A stretch of 63,802 bases of DNA, the filler included, from Cercozoa sp. M6MM (Eukaryota; Protista; Endomyxa: Ascetosporea): assembly GCA_040357565.1 (NCBI GenBank). It is 10 parts of 10 records of this genome, joined end to end, with 100 filler letters (N's around TTAATTAATTAA, not from the genome) between each part and the next. Parts side by side here need not be neighbours in the genome. Positions count along the whole stretch, not along the records: positions 26,807 to 53,063 come from JBDODJ010000151.1; positions 53,164 to 56,677 come from JBDODJ010001421.1; positions 56,778 to 57,994 come from JBDODJ010002110.1; 7 more parts are not named here. The stretch is one strand, 5' to 3'. Shown here one piece after another: positions 44,301 through 58,094 of this stretch. Position 1 is the first letter of the stretch. Each line of letters begins with the position of its first letter. The notes beneath the pieces are model-generated. The model saw nothing but the letters and a program-made list of their open reading frames with translations, was not told the DNA's origin and did not search any database. Made by a program: the position numbers and the translations under genes.

Positions 44301-44766
44301 CCTGTGTCAGTCAGCAACAGGGACACAAAGTAACCTCAGGCAATGTGAGTCACACAACTGAAATTGACTGAGTGCAAGGAACGCACGAGCTGCCCATGAT
44401 CGCAGTGAGTTTGCCGGGGTGGAATACGCCAGAAATTCCGTGCAAGATCTGGCGCTGTCATGTCCACACACCACACAATACACATTGCGATGTATATCTA
44501 TACACACTGATCATGTGGTATGGATAAGGGTACCATAGGAACGTGCCCAGTCTCATCCTTTTGGCCACTCATGTCCCTTGCGTGGAAGGTGACATCCTTG
44601 AACTCGAGTTGCAGTGGCTTTCGGTTGCCTGACCCCCCAAAACAAGACATTCAAACGAAAGTCTTCCTCAGAGAAACAAGTTACGCGCGACCAGGTCGAG
44701 TTGACTAGAGCGACGACGCGTGGGCCCGAGTTCGACGTCGGTGAGTTCGTTAATCTTGTCGGCCAT
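41333..44766 (-). CDS. ABCG (White-type) half transporter
   Basis: Walker A GSSGAGKTT, SGSAKR signature region, [45 protein letters not shown]. Confidence 0.95.
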
Positions 44767-45842
44767 TTCGAGGTTTATTCCAAAACAAGCCCGCGAAGCA
44801 AAAAACCTAAAATTGGCCGCTTGCGTCACAGCAAATGACCGCACTGCAGCTGCACAGAACTGCGATTGGTGATTTTAAAGACCGCAGGCTCGTCGATTTG
44901 TGATTGTCGGTGGGCATCAAGCAAGTTTAGTCAACTGACGCTTGACCGATCACAAAGATGAAACGGCTCTCGCCAGCAGTCGGAACGCTTTTTGTTGAGT
45001 AGCATGGTATTCACTCACTCATTCATTGTTCTTGTGACCCACCCAGGCTGGTGCAGGGGAACTAACTCGCACCCAGGTTGGTTTCCTAGAAGCTCAACTA
45101 ACGTAACTAACTCGCATGACTGGTACCAAATGGTACTGGTTAAGCAGTGCCTAGGTTGTAAAATAAATAAAATGACGAGAGTGACCTATCAATCGGAAGA
45201 GGTGAACCTAGCCTTTCGACTGCACAGACACAATGCAATATATCAGAGCCGAGCGGGTCCCCTTGCACGTTCACAGCAGTTCACAGCAGTCAGGTACCAG
45301 TGCAGCTGCCAGGTGTGGATAATCGAAGGCAGGCAAAGAAAGAAAGAAGACAAAGAGAAAGAGAAGGGATGCAGGCACTACACAAAGACACCGGTAAATT
45401 GTAGAATGAGAAAAACAAGAACACAAGCCTGAGCAAGAAGCTGACCTTGAGGAACACACCACACAAGAGTTGCGTGTGCGTGTATGAGTCCAGTCGATCG
45501 CGAATGTTGTTGGTGTTGTCGCTGTTGTTGCTGTCGTTGTTGCTGCAGGTGGTGCTGCGGCCGACTGGAAAGGACGTGTTTCGAAAGATAGATTTTGGGT
45601 TTGATATGGTACACTGGAGGGCACCTGTTGCCCTGCACATCACACAGTAAGCACATCACACAGCAAGCACGCATGACTGTACAATACAGTAGTGTCCCAG
45701 ACAACGAATTGAATTGCAAAAAATCCAACTGAACGTACTTTCGTGAAGGCAAAATGACAGGGAGCAGGGCAATTGGATGTTGATGTTGCAGGGGACTGTG
45801 GGTTGTTATGCTTGCGTGTTTGGGGCTCGTGCGACCTCGGGG

Positions 45843-46458
45843 CTATAACTGCTCGGCCAAGACATCGACCACGAGAACACCCTCCGGGAGCACTTTCTTC
45901 TCTAACTCGGTGAGTGTCTGTGTGGAAGTACCGGAGAGTAGCATTAGGGAGCAAGGTGCAACCAACAGGAAAAGAATCTCCTGGTACCCGTATACAGGGC
46001 ACAATGTGGATGTCAAAGTCGTCGTTTTGCAAGTACTGCCGTGCCAGCGCAATCGCCTAGTCAAAACACGCAAACAATTCAAAAAATTAACGTTCCAACT
46101 GCAAGAGAAAACTATACTTTCACCGAGAGTTTCGCACTGTCGACCCCGATCACGGAAAGAGAGACCTACAGAATCCAGAAAACTTGAAGTTTCGAGTTAA
46201 AAGTCTCAAAAACTGTACCCGTTCACTTCGCCGGACTCTAGCAGCGAGCGCACTGCAAACCAAAGAACTGAAGAATACAGAAAACAAAAAATGGCAGATG
46301 CCAGCACAGTACCCAGCAAGCGAAGGCGGCCGACTGCTGCGACTGACGCGCAGCAACGTTACCAGCTTGGACGAGCGCAACTGCTTGTCCTGCTGCTGTT
46401 GCTGCAGCTTCTCGACCTCCGGCCTCTCGTCCACCGTGACGTACACTTTCTGGCATTC

Positions 46459-46541
<83 letters not shown>

Positions 46542-48010
46542 CATTTAAACACTTAAAACATCAAAGATTTGGGTTTGGTGTCACCTTGAGCCGCGATTTT
46601 GACCGATCGGACAGCGGAAACGGCACGATGCTGAACTCTGCGCCCACAAATACAAAAAAAAACTCAGATAAGTTCAACATTGGCCCGAAAGTCAACGCAA
46701 AACGATAGCTTAGAGAACTCGAAAAGCCCAGCGAGGCCCAAAGAGGTTTGGGACAGCACAGATAGCTTGGGAGACTTTAGAGCTCAAGGGAGCTGGGAAA
46801 ATGAGCGCACCAAAGCCAGCCGAGTCACGTCGGTGAATGTCTCGAAAGTCGGGTCGCACGTAGATGCCGAGCTTGTTCTTACGGAGCAAGAAAATGGCCT
46901 TGCGGATGGCGTGCAGTGCCTTGAGCGACGCGTTGCTCACACCAGGGTCTGTGCGCATGTAGAGCAATTTCTGCACACATGGGAGGACACACAGGTGAGC
47001 AAACTGGCCGAGTAACATGAACATGGACAACGGACTGGAGCACCTTGCCAGAACGTATTTGATAGGCGACTTTGGCGGCCAGTTGTTCGTCGCTGATGCG
47101 TGCGTGGACGTCGTGCACGTACACTTGCGAGTGCGAGGCGGACTCGCGCTGTTGCACGTGCGTAAGTGTCATGGACTTGGTGACCACCTGGCCGTGCACG
47201 AGCTACCAGGCACAAACACACACAGAGAACACTGAGCGAGAACACTGAGCGAATCATTCTCTTCACTTCCCTCGGTACTGTTGTGGGGCTGACAAAGCTA
47301 CCGGCACAAAGAGCTGATGGCCAGTCTGTAGGTAGATGCGCGAGTCGTGACGCCGCGACGCTCCGCCGCTGCTGTTGCTGTCGTGGACCCTCATCGCCGG
47401 TGGACCCAGAGGCGACTGCAGTAGCTCAGGTCGCCTGACAACGTCGCTCGGCGTTGTCGCCATCGCTGTGTGTGGCACGCCGCTGCACAACTCACTGTGC
47501 TCAGTCGGGCCGACCGGGCCATCTTCCGCTGCTGCTGCTGTAGCTCCGGCCACGCGGACTGGCACGTCGACTGACGCATCGACCAGCACATCGACTGAGT
47601 CGGCTAGATCGGCGCTCTCTCCGCCGGAGGAGGTCGCCTCATCGTCACTCACCGTCCCGCCAGATTCAGAGGCCTCGGCATGCGATGCCTTCTGACGCTG
47701 CATCTGCTGGTGAGCTAGCAGGTGAGCTCGCCTGTGTGCGCACTCGCGCACTCTGCGTTCTCGCTGTCCTTGCCGAGTTCGAGACGTCGCAAAGACTGCG
47801 CACGCTTCATGCTTCAGCGACAGACAAAAACAAAACACTCTGCAGACTGAAAGCAAGCGAGCTCCCACCTTTGGACAGTTTTTTGTTCAGGGAGCGTTCC
47901 CCGTTCTGTCAGCTTGCCGTGCGTCGTTCGTGAACACACACACGGGCACGTGTTACCACGCGCGCACAGACTCCGCGCTTCTGCCTCGGCGCCCGTGGCT
48001 CTTTTGGCAT
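45843..48010 (-). CDS. Hypothetical multi-exon protein (MPKEPRAPRQKR...)
   Basis: Series of GT/AG-bounded exons, including most of ORF 47263..47868; 3' end uncertain. Confidence 0.45.
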
Positions 48011-48247
48011 GATGTCGACAATATCGATACGCCGCGTGGCGCGAGCTAACGCGACCCGTGCTCCGATCGATCTTTTCACCCAAAACTACCAAGATCAGGA
48101 ATGCGATTGCAAAGCGTTTTAGATACTCTGACGCCTGTTTAAAGCTCTAATTGTGCCGTCAGAAAGCTGTTTGAAACCGATCATTCGCCGCCATGCGCTA
48201 TGCGTTGATCCCACGTGAGGACTGAGACAAGAAGATGATGACGATCA

Positions 48248-50053
48248 TTATTTGCTAGAACTTCCATCCGCTGTATCAGAAGTGAGACTTGTCCGTGAAA
48301 CACAGTCACTCGGCTCCGTCGCAGAAGGATTTCTCTTCTTCGTGCTCAAGGTCGTCGTCACTGCAGGCCGGCTGTTCACTTTGACTTCTTGCATGCCGCC
48401 ATGCTTCGTTTTTGCTATACATCTGCAGCACACTGACCTTGCTTGATTGAGCTCCGGTGAGGGTGAGGGTGCTGTACCATCGAAGGTTCACTGTAGCGGC
48501 GTGTGTAAAAACGCGGTGCTCGTGCGGTGCCGACGACTGGCGCTGAGTCGGTGCTGCGTGACGGGTTGCCGATATTCCGCAGCGAGATGTCTTGAGGCAA
48601 CTCACCCAGAACGTGCGTGCTCTTGAAGTACTTGGCAAAGTACGTCAGTTTGTCCTTGTGGTGGCCCAGAATGCGTTCCTTTTCCCAAGAAAGACATGTG
48701 AAAAGGACAGTCGTACTGAGAGTTTCTATGCACCTCTTTGGTGATCGAAGGTTGCTCAGCAGAAATGGTGTGACTGGCGTTGCTTGTGCTGAGTGTGGGA
48801 ATATCGCCGTGCTGGAAGGCTTCGCGGCGGGCCTTGTCCTCTGCCTTGCGGTCTTCGCGGTGCTGCCGCGTGCGCAGCATGGACTCGAACGAGTTGCGTC
48901 GCTCACCCGCTTGCTCGCAGCTGATGGTGTCGCCGTGATCGCGCCACCAGCGCAGCTGAAAATCAATGTTTTCCGAACGGACGCGTTCGGCCTCGTCGAT
49001 GAGTCTCTGCGTCTCTTGCGGAGACGGTAGCTCTCCAAAGAACGAGTAAATCTTGCAGCGTCGGACTTCCTGTTGCACAAACTCTTGATACTGCGCCTGC
49101 GTTAGGCCCCAATGTCGTTCCAACTTGCGCCGAGAGAGATCGCAGTGTGCGTAGCGTGCAACACGAAGACCGCGTCGGTACTGACCGATTTGTTTGTGCA
49201 GATCCATTTTTGGGAAGTAGTAGTCAGTGAATACTTGCACCCGGACCGGTACTGGCATGGTTGTCGCTCTTCGCAAACGTCGCTGCAACACGAAACTGTT
49301 ATTGTGGCCCAGGTTTCAATATGTTTAAAACACATGCGATACCGTTCGAGACGCGATTGTTTCAGCAGAGTGCAACTCCGGTATCGGTTCGGATGCCCTT
49401 CGTTCTTTCGAATCCACAGGCTCAACCGTCAGGTGAAGTTCGTCGACTGCAAGCTCTTCCACCAACCTGACATGTTCAAAGTCCGTGGAACTCCCAAAGT
49501 TCGTTCGCACAGAATCACTTGCGTTTGCAACGACCGAGATCGAGGTGTGAGTTTGCGAACGTGAGCTCACAGCATCTCCTACCGCCGTAAAAGGTAAATT
49601 GTGTTGCGCTTGTGGAGTGACGTCGATGCCTTCCAAAGCTCGAAAAAGCGATTGCTGCTGCTCCTTGACTTCTTCAAGCAAGTTGCCTAGCTGTTGATAC
49701 TCTCGACGTGCTTCAACGGACAAATCCGAGTCGAAAGTTTCATTTCTCTCTTGTATCAAGGAAATCAAACTGTTTGTGAGTTGCTCGAACGACCTTGCTG
49801 CGCTTATCCATCGCCGTAGTTTCTGAGCAGACTGGCCTTCATCGAGGACTTTCTCCTCGTCGCCTTTCAGAATGTCGCTTCTTCGGCCCGTCAGCTTTGG
49901 TTTGCCACTGGGCAGAAGCTCAGCGGCGACATTCTCTTTTGAGTGCACCCGAGATCTGGACCTCTGCCCGTCGGCAGAAAGCGACTCGAATTTCGAGCTG
50001 CGATAACTCCTGCTAGCCGTCGAACTAGAGCCGTTGCTTGCATGATTTTGCAT
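48248..50053 (-). CDS. Hypothetical protein, coiled-coil-rich, about 3-4 exons
   Basis: Long ORFs 49325..50053 and 48602..49291 join through a GT-AG intron. Confidence 0.6.
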
Positions 50054-50212
50054 CCTGCGATGTGCAACTCTGCTTAGCTGACGAAAGGAAACAGTTCAGC
50101 GCACCCATTTCAGTTAACTTTCGTTTTCGTTTCAGTTTGACATCCACGCGGTCGGTCCGAAAGTCAATTAACACTGTACGAAGTGGCTGCTATCCTCAGA
50201 GCTAATGACACG

Positions 50213-51769
50213 ATGATCGTTGAGCCCGATAACTCTAACGCACCGAGCATGACGAGTAATTCGTCGCACTCGCGGTCTCACACGTCTTCGCGTTCAGTTT
50301 CGCTGGAGAAGGCTCCAGCTTCAGTTTCGCCGGATCTCATGAAAGGAAAGCGAAGCTCTGTCGTCATGCTGCAAGTGGTAACATCAGTTAGAGTTCTTTA
50401 GCCAAAAATCGTGGAGTTTGTAGATTTTGGAGCGACTGGCGATGCGTTTACGGCTTGCTACAGAGCTTGATGCTCGAGCAGGCGACAGCGCAGCGCGATT
50501 GAGGCAACGAAAGCGGCAGTACACGATGAAAGAACAGCTCGTGCAGCTAGAAGAGTTGCAACGCGAGGAATCGCGTAGCAGGGCCGACTTTAACGTAACG
50601 AGACCTAATGCATCCAGTGAGTCCATTGGCACCAGGAGCTCCCAGCGACACCTTCGAAACATGGCTCCGCAAAGTGAAAAAAGCGACACCGCCAGCGACC
50701 AACTGCAGCACGGCAGCAGCAATGTCGCCTTTGAAGTCGAACGAGCTGCTCAACTGCAATTCCAGCGTACACAAGCGCACGTCGGCGCCATTTTTGCCAA
50801 CTTCCGCGACATCTCACTCGACATGAAGGAGCGTCTTCACGCTGCACTCGAAAGTGCCAACAAACAGCGCATCGCGGTGGCACAGCGAATCTCTTACCTG
50901 ATGAGTCACATTTTGGAAGATATCGAAATCGCCAAAACTGAAGCGGTCAACGTCGACACTGCTGTGCTGCCGACGTTGAAACATCGTGTCGACGAGTTCA
51001 AACAGCAGCAAGAGCAGCTCGCTCAACTTCGTGCCGACATCCGCCGCTTGCGCAACGAGATTCATTTGGCGACCTCGCAGGTTGAACACATCACTCAAGA
51101 GCACGGGAAATTGCAGATTGAAGCAGCTCGTACGATGCTGTCTTTGAAGACGCGAGTCGAAGACCAACGAATGCGTGGAGCGCGGCTGCGAAACGAGTTT
51201 TCCGCCGCAGCCGAAGCCGATCTCGCTGCCGAAACCTCGGCTTTGATGAAGAGGCAAGAGCTGATGAAAGCCAAGATCGCAGCACTCGGTGACGCGCAAG
51301 TGCAGGACAGTGTGGCTCACTCTGCAGTTGTGGACCTCCTGTCGCGACGACTCGCCGAAGCTCGCGAAGAATTGCACCGCTGGCAGGAGCGCAGCAACAC
51401 CGAAATCACACGCGACGAGTCCGAACTTGCGCGTCTCATAACTCTGCGTAAAAATCTATTTCAGCAACTGACCGAAGAGCGCGAACGTCTCGGCAACGAA
51501 AAGCAAGCTCGAATCGACAGGTAAAGTAAAGTCCACTGTTCTTTTGCTGCAGCCACAGTCTGTTTGAACACAGGGATTCGAGTGCGCGAGAAGCCAAGGA
51601 GAAGGGCCTTCTGCGTGCCCGTGCGGCCTTGACGATCCAGAGCTTCTGGCGAGGCTTCCTTGTGCGCAAGCAACTCGGCTTGGTCGGAAAGAAGAAATCC
51701 AAGGGCAAGAAAACCAAAGGCAAATCCAAGAAGAAAGGCAAGGGCAAGTCGAAAAAGAAAGCTAAGTGA
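50213..51769 (+). CDS. Coiled-coil + C-terminal IQ motif + Lys-rich tail; dynein regulatory complex DRC9/DRC10 (IQCG/IQCD)-like
   Basis: AALTIQSFWRGFLVRK followed by a KKKSKGKK tail; long coiled coil with LHRWQERSN. Confidence 0.7.
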
Positions 51770-51981
51770 CTACAGAATGATAAGCGTCGACTTCCCTGTC
51801 GGTTTACGCGAACTTGTAGCCGGAAGCTCGCATGTTGGGTTAGCTGTTAACAATTTTGTACGCGCTGAGGTACAGAAGACCGGCACAGCAACCGAATTCA
51901 TTACGCTTACTTTCAGAAAGGCAAGGTAAATTACATGAAAAGAACGGAATCAAATCCTAACAGACGAGACAAGAAGACGAA

Positions 51982-53041
51982 CTACTGCATTTTCTTGCGC
52001 GGCATGAGTTCCTGTAGCTCGGCGTCGACGTGTCCGTCCATGAGCGGGATGCACGTCGGAGTTTCAGCGCGGTAGCGCACGTACTCCTCACCAAACATGT
52101 TGATGAGCTTAAGTTCCTCGTCGGGAATGCGCATGGCGAAGAACTGCCACGATGCGAAGGCAAAGGCGACGACACACAGCGGGTTGAACAGGAGCACCTG
52201 GCTCGCAATGCTCCAGGCGAACCATCCGAGGTAGGACGGGTGCCGAATGTGCGCGAACACGCCTGACTTGACGAGCTTGTGTTCGGGACGCGCCTGGCCT
52301 GCAGGGTAGGAGTAGGTAGTAGACATACCCATATATTATATATATATATATAAATATATGTATGGAGTAGAAAACAAGATAGCGTACTCTGCACGAGGTG
52401 CGTGAAACTCTCGCGACCTTGCCACATCGACACGGTGCGCAAAGCCTGGCCTGCCACCATCTGTGCTTGCGAACAACACACACATATGCACAGAAACTAT
52501 ATTTTTAAGAATGAAAAATAGCACCACGACAAGGCCGGCGAGTGCAATCAGGAGTGCCGACCACGAGTGCTTCCACTCGGGGAACAGCATTCTCTACACA
52601 CAAAGAACACACCCCCTTATCTCACCTTCCCCCTCATCCCTTCAAGTATCGATGGTACCTCAATCCAGAACTCGGCACAGGCAGCAGCCATAGCCATCTA
52701 TCCCAGCAAACAAAATAATACAGACACCAGGATTGGGATAGCAGAGAGAACACTGAGAGGGCTACCTTGTAGTGCGCCGAGTGATCAATGATCCACGAGG
52801 AGAAACGCACCTCGTGGAACAGTGCCGTCATGCAGAACTCAAGCAGGTGAAACACTGACACCAGTGTCTGTCCAATGCACATTCATAGCACACTGGGGAT
52901 TTAAAAATTAAAAAAACATGCTTTTGTACCACAAAAATCGAGAAGTGGAACAGGAACGGCGAGTAGCGCAGGAACACAGAATAAACGAGCGAACACAGGC
53001 CAAAGGCCAGAGCGAAACCGACCACGACACCACCCAAACCT
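51982..53041 (-). CDS. ICMT: Isoprenylcysteine carboxyl methyltransferase, 5' end truncated
   Basis: FHLLEF, GQALR, SFTHLVQ, HKLVKSGVFAHIRHPSYLGWF, RIPDEELKLINMFGEEY. Confidence 0.95.
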
Positions 53042-53237
53042 GGGGGGGGGGGGGGGGGGGGGGNNNNNNNNNNNNNNNNNNNNNNNNNNNNNNNNNNNNN
53101 NNNNNNNTTAATTAATTAANNNNNNNNNNNNNNNNNNNNNNNNNNNNNNNNNNNNNNNNNNNNTCCCCGGCAGTTAGCCCCCCCCCCCCCCCCCCCTGTG
53201 TCCCTGCGATGCACCTCATTGTTCTTGGATCGTGCAG

Positions 53238-54469
53238 CGGCAAAACATTGGCCTTTTTGATTCCGATGCTCGAGATGGCTCGCAAATACAAGGCAGAGAA
53301 CAACGTGTCGAACCGAGTACGTCAGACAGCTGATTGCATTGTGGGGACTGTGTGTTACTATGCGCATGCTGGCAGGAAACGCTCGGATTGGTGTTGTCGC
53401 CGACGCGCGAGTTGGCCAAGCAGACACACGAAGTACTCGTGAGGCTGCTCAATGGAGGTGCCTATTTCCTTGCTGTTTGACTTCCTATATCTGCTCCCTT
53501 TCTGCCCTAATATTCTTCTATACCTGTCTGTACCTAGATGAGACATTGCCAACATTGAAGTGTGTCGGGCGTGTTCGAACGCCTGCCGAGGACGCACGTA
53601 ACTTTGAGCTGTCATGCTGCTTGCTTTAGAGTCTACCTGTTGTTTCTAAGGAGTGTGTTTGTGCCGGTGTGTCTGCAGGACTGATTCGTGAGTCAGGTGC
53701 GAATTTTATCATCGCCACTCCAGGTCGTCTGGAGGAGCTCATGTCTATGCCTGGTACGTGTCGCTCTTCCCTTGTCCCTCCCCTGCTTGTCTCCTGTACT
53801 TCCCCTTCCAGGAGTGATCAATGTGCGTCGCTTGCGCACGCTCATTCTGGACGAGGCAGACCTGTTGCTTGCCATGGGGTGCCTTCCTTTCTTGTTTGAG
53901 GAACAGTTTGGTATGGGAAGGCTTGACGTGGTGTCTCCTTTTTGCAGATTCCAGACGCAGATCGATTCGATTCTGTCGCAGCTGCCGAAACAACGTCGCA
54001 CTGTAATTTATGATTTGGCTGGACGGAGGGGGGATCTAATTCTTTGACTGCAGGGTCTTTTCTCTGCCACGCAAAGCACTGGTGACGACGTGAAGAACGT
54101 ACCATTGTGTTACCCGTTTGCCCCTGCCCTTTGCTCCAGACCATTTTACTCTCTGCCTCTTTGCCCTTTCTCAGTTGATCAAGGCGGGCCTGCGCAACCC
54201 GGTGTTCATCAATGCCACGCAGAGCTGGCAGCTGCGCGACCAGGACGGCAGCGGCAGCAGCACTGCCGACTCGGCTGTACGCTGTCTACCTACCCCCCTC
54301 CCCCACTCATCCATTCAGACGGACACTCTATACTTATCTCCCTCCCTGCAGTCGGCTCTGGCAGTACCGCAGGGTCTGTCGCATCAGTGGGTGGCGTGCA
54401 CGCCGGTCAGACATAAGCTGGCCCTACTGGTGCAGCTGCTGCGGCCTACCCTCAAGAAAGAGGTATATC

Positions 54470-54504
<35 letters not shown>

Positions 54505-56127
54505 ATTTCATATGTGTATATATTTGTATAAGTATGCACGTGTCTCCTTTGGTGCAGAAAACACTCGTCTTCTTTCTGACCTGTGCCTCGGTAGAGTACT
54601 TCTACAACATGCTCGACACACTCAACGTCTTCCGGCAGAAGAAGAATGTGCCTTGCCTCTTTCATCAATGCTTCCCATTATCTCTAACCCACCTCTGTTT
54701 TCTGACCAACCCAGAAACGCCTGCTTTTCAAGATCAACGGTCACATGACGCAGAGACAGCGCGAAACAGCGTTGCAACAGTTCGAACAAGCCGGGTCAGG
54801 TAGGACTGGGTCACAGGAAGGCCAGAGACTACAGCTATGTTACCAGTGTTGCTGCAGGCGTGATGTTTTGCACGGACGTTGTGTCGCGCGGAGTCGACTT
54901 CCCCGATCTCGACTGCGTCGTGTCATTCGACCTGCCACGCGATGCTGAGAAAATGGTCTCCTGCTCTACCCTGGTCCTTACTCACTTACCCCTCTCCCTC
55001 TCCTGCAGGTGCATCGCATGGGTCGCACGGCTCGCGCCGGCAGGACAGGTCGCGCACTCACGATGTTGTTCCCGCACGAGGAGGACTACTTGGAACTCAT
55101 GCGCAACCGCGGCATTCCGTCGCACGAGTTTGATGCGTCCTCGCTGACTGCCAGGGTATCCTTTTTCTTTTCTTGTACTCATACACTTGTGCCTGTGCTT
55201 TTGTATTCTACCCCCCCCCCCCCCCCAGATAAAGAAGGAGGCCGATAACCTGCTGCGGCGGATGCGGCAGGCACAGTTTAACGACCGTGCGCATCTTGAG
55301 GTGTGTTTCTCGGGGTCTATGTACGTATATATATATGTATATGTATATATACACGCCTGTATATACATGTATATGTCTATGTCCATATGTCGGTGTATAG
55401 GTATATTTGGATGTCCCTGTACGTCCATGTGGTTTCTGTGCGAACAGAGTGGCACCCGGGCCTTCCTGAGCTTCCTGCAGGGCTACCAGCAGCACACCTA
55501 CAAGCATGTGCAGAACGTGCGACGTCTCAACCTTGGCCAAGTTGCCATGTACTACGCGCTGCTGTACCTGCCTCGCTCGGCCGACATTCGGTACGTTTTG
55601 TTTACCGATCTTCTGTCAGATTGACTGTGCTGACTAATGGTCGACTGACTGCCTGTGCTGACTGCGCTGACTATTGCTTTGACTGCAGCTTTGGTCAGCT
55701 CAATCTGGCGGACTTTGAGGCACCCGAGAAGAAGATCGACACCAGCAAGATCGCCTTTCGTGACAAGACGCGCGAGGAGCGTCGTCAGAAAGGACTCGGG
55801 CAACGTCAGGAGAAGAAAGAGAAAGAGATTCGGTATTTTTCTCCGGCTTTTCTTTTTTGGCGGTTTCAAAGATCAGTTGCTTTCAGGGCTCGAATCGAGA
55901 AACGCGAAGCTGCCCAGAAGAGTCGCAAGCAGCGCGAGAAGGAGCGTCGGCGTCTGAAGCGCTCCAAGACAGCCGCCCAACAGGTTTGTTTGTTTGTTTG
56001 TTTTTGGAGTGAAAACAAACCACGCTTGCAGGTCGAGTGGGACGACTTGGCCGCCGAAACGCGGTTGTTGAAGAAGCTGCGGCGCGGCAAGATTTCACAG
56101 GAAAAGTTCGATGAGCTGTTTAATTGA
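53238..56127 (+). CDS. DDX55: DEAD-box RNA helicase DDX55/Spb4, 5' end truncated
   Basis: GKTLAF, SPTRELA, ATPGRL, LDEAD, LPKQRRTGLFSAT, HRMGRTARAG, C-terminal RLLKKLRRGKISQEKFD. Confidence 0.93.
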
Positions 56128-56777
56128 GCTGCCTCTGTTGAGTTTCTTGTTTTTTAATTTGTCTTGGTTCTGTGACACGAGTTGCCGAGCTCTAAGTTAC
56201 ATCCTTATTTAGAAATAATCTGTTGCGAGATTGGCCTGTTACTGCGGCTCAATGGCCCAATCCGTAAAGGAAATTAGAGACTAAATAAATCATCAATTAG
56301 ATAAGTCGTCACTCAGTTGAGTCAACGTTAGAACTGTAGGTGAAATACCCCTACTGGGTCTCGAAGTGATCCCACTGGATCTCGACCGAAGGAAGACGTC
56401 CTTGGTCGTAACAACGCGTTGAAGAAAGAAAACTCCGCCTGTAAACACACGACGAAGTGAGTGGAATGGAAACCAGCCAATGAGCTAACTGACCAGGCTG
56501 AAGCCGTGACGGAGCTTTTTGCTTCTCTGCAAGGACTCTGTCCAGGCAAGATCTACAGCAACAGCAATCCACTGACTCAGTAGTTAGGTCTCAGAGCAAG
56601 GTACCAAGCCAAAACACTCTTAAACTTCTGCCCAGTCTCAAACTTGTTTGAGACATAGATTATGACCTCCACGCGGANNNNNNNNNNNNNNNNNNNNNNN
56701 NNNNNNNNNNNNNNNNNNNNNTTAATTAATTAANNNNNNNNNNNNNNNNNNNNNNNNNNNNNNNNNNNNNNNNNNNN

Positions 56778-56837
<60 letters not shown>

Positions 56838-56838
56838 G

Positions 56839-57433
56839 TGTTTCCTGAGAATCGAGCAGTTGGTGCAGAGAGAAAGCTTCATTGCGTGCCTGGAATGAAG
56901 TAAATCTTGCAATGTCATCGCTTTGTGCCTGTTCACGTTTGTGTGCACAACAGATTCGGAGGGCAAATACACGCACCTGAGTGGCTGGAGGCCACGTGCG
57001 TTTCCAATGGTTGCATAATCTGGTTTAGTGTTTCAGCTTGTTTGTATCTATGTGTGCAGATGGTGCCGCACACTGGCGCATCGAAGGACAGGATTGTACC
57101 GTTGGTACGAACTTTCACTTTGCTCCTTCTGTTGCATTAGATGTTTATGCTAGATGACCGGTCTTTTTAGTGTCATCGGAGTTGGCTTCGACGTCCGCAG
57201 TCATTATTGCACTGTCGGCGCTACTTGCAGTTATGCTGGCAGTTGTTTTATCGCTCTGTGTGCGACATGGTTACTTCTATCGCAAGAAGGGCGACCGCAT
57301 CAATGAAGAAACGCTTGTCGGCGTCAGTGACAGTGATTCCGATACTCATAGTGGCGTTGAGGTAGTCGGCGCCCGTGACACTGCGAACAAGTGTTTACAG
57401 CAGCCCCTGCTGTCTTCTTCAGACTTGTGGTAG
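56839..57433 (+). CDS. Type I membrane protein C-terminus with a Sushi/CCP-like module, TM helix and short tail
   Basis: Spliced VGAERKLHCVPGMKF..EATCVSNDGAAHW, then VIIALSALLAVMLAVVLSLCV and RKK stop-transfer. Confidence 0.5.
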
Positions 57434-58094
57434 TGTGCGGAATTAGATCGTATCACGGAATTAGATTGTGAAGGTGACTGACCTTGATACGGCGATATAT
57501 CTTACCTTTGCAGACTAGAAGCGAAGACGACCCAATGGAAATCAGAACGATTAAGTTACCGTTCAGTTCTAAAAATGCCAATGTCCGTCCTGAACCAGGA
57601 CTGTCAGCCTCGCAACACACAGCAGCAGATAACGTTGAGTTCTGCGTTGTTGCAAGTCGTGTAGGTTACCCACGTCCAGTTACGCTTGGGTTATCAAGCA
57701 GTTTATGCATACACCACGCGGTGCCTGCTATGCGCATGGCATACGCCAAAACACACACGGTGACACTGGATCTCAGCCAAATATTACAGGCGTCAGCCAT
57801 TGCCGGTCTCCGGCCACCCGCCAGGGAACCCACCAACAAACAAAAAACACCTATCGCTCGTGCGGAAGACCAGCCCAAGGTGACCAGCCCACGACTAGAG
57901 CATATAAATTGCTACAGCTGTGCCCACTGCCGGAAGCCCCGTCCGGCAGCGGTGCACGATCCAAACCCCGGCCAATAATTACTGGCCGGACAGGNNNNNN
58001 NNNNNNNNNNNNNNNNNNNNNNNNNNNNNNNNNNNNNNTTAATTAATTAANNNNNNNNNNNNNNNNNNNNNNNNNNNNNNNNNNNNNNNNNNNN

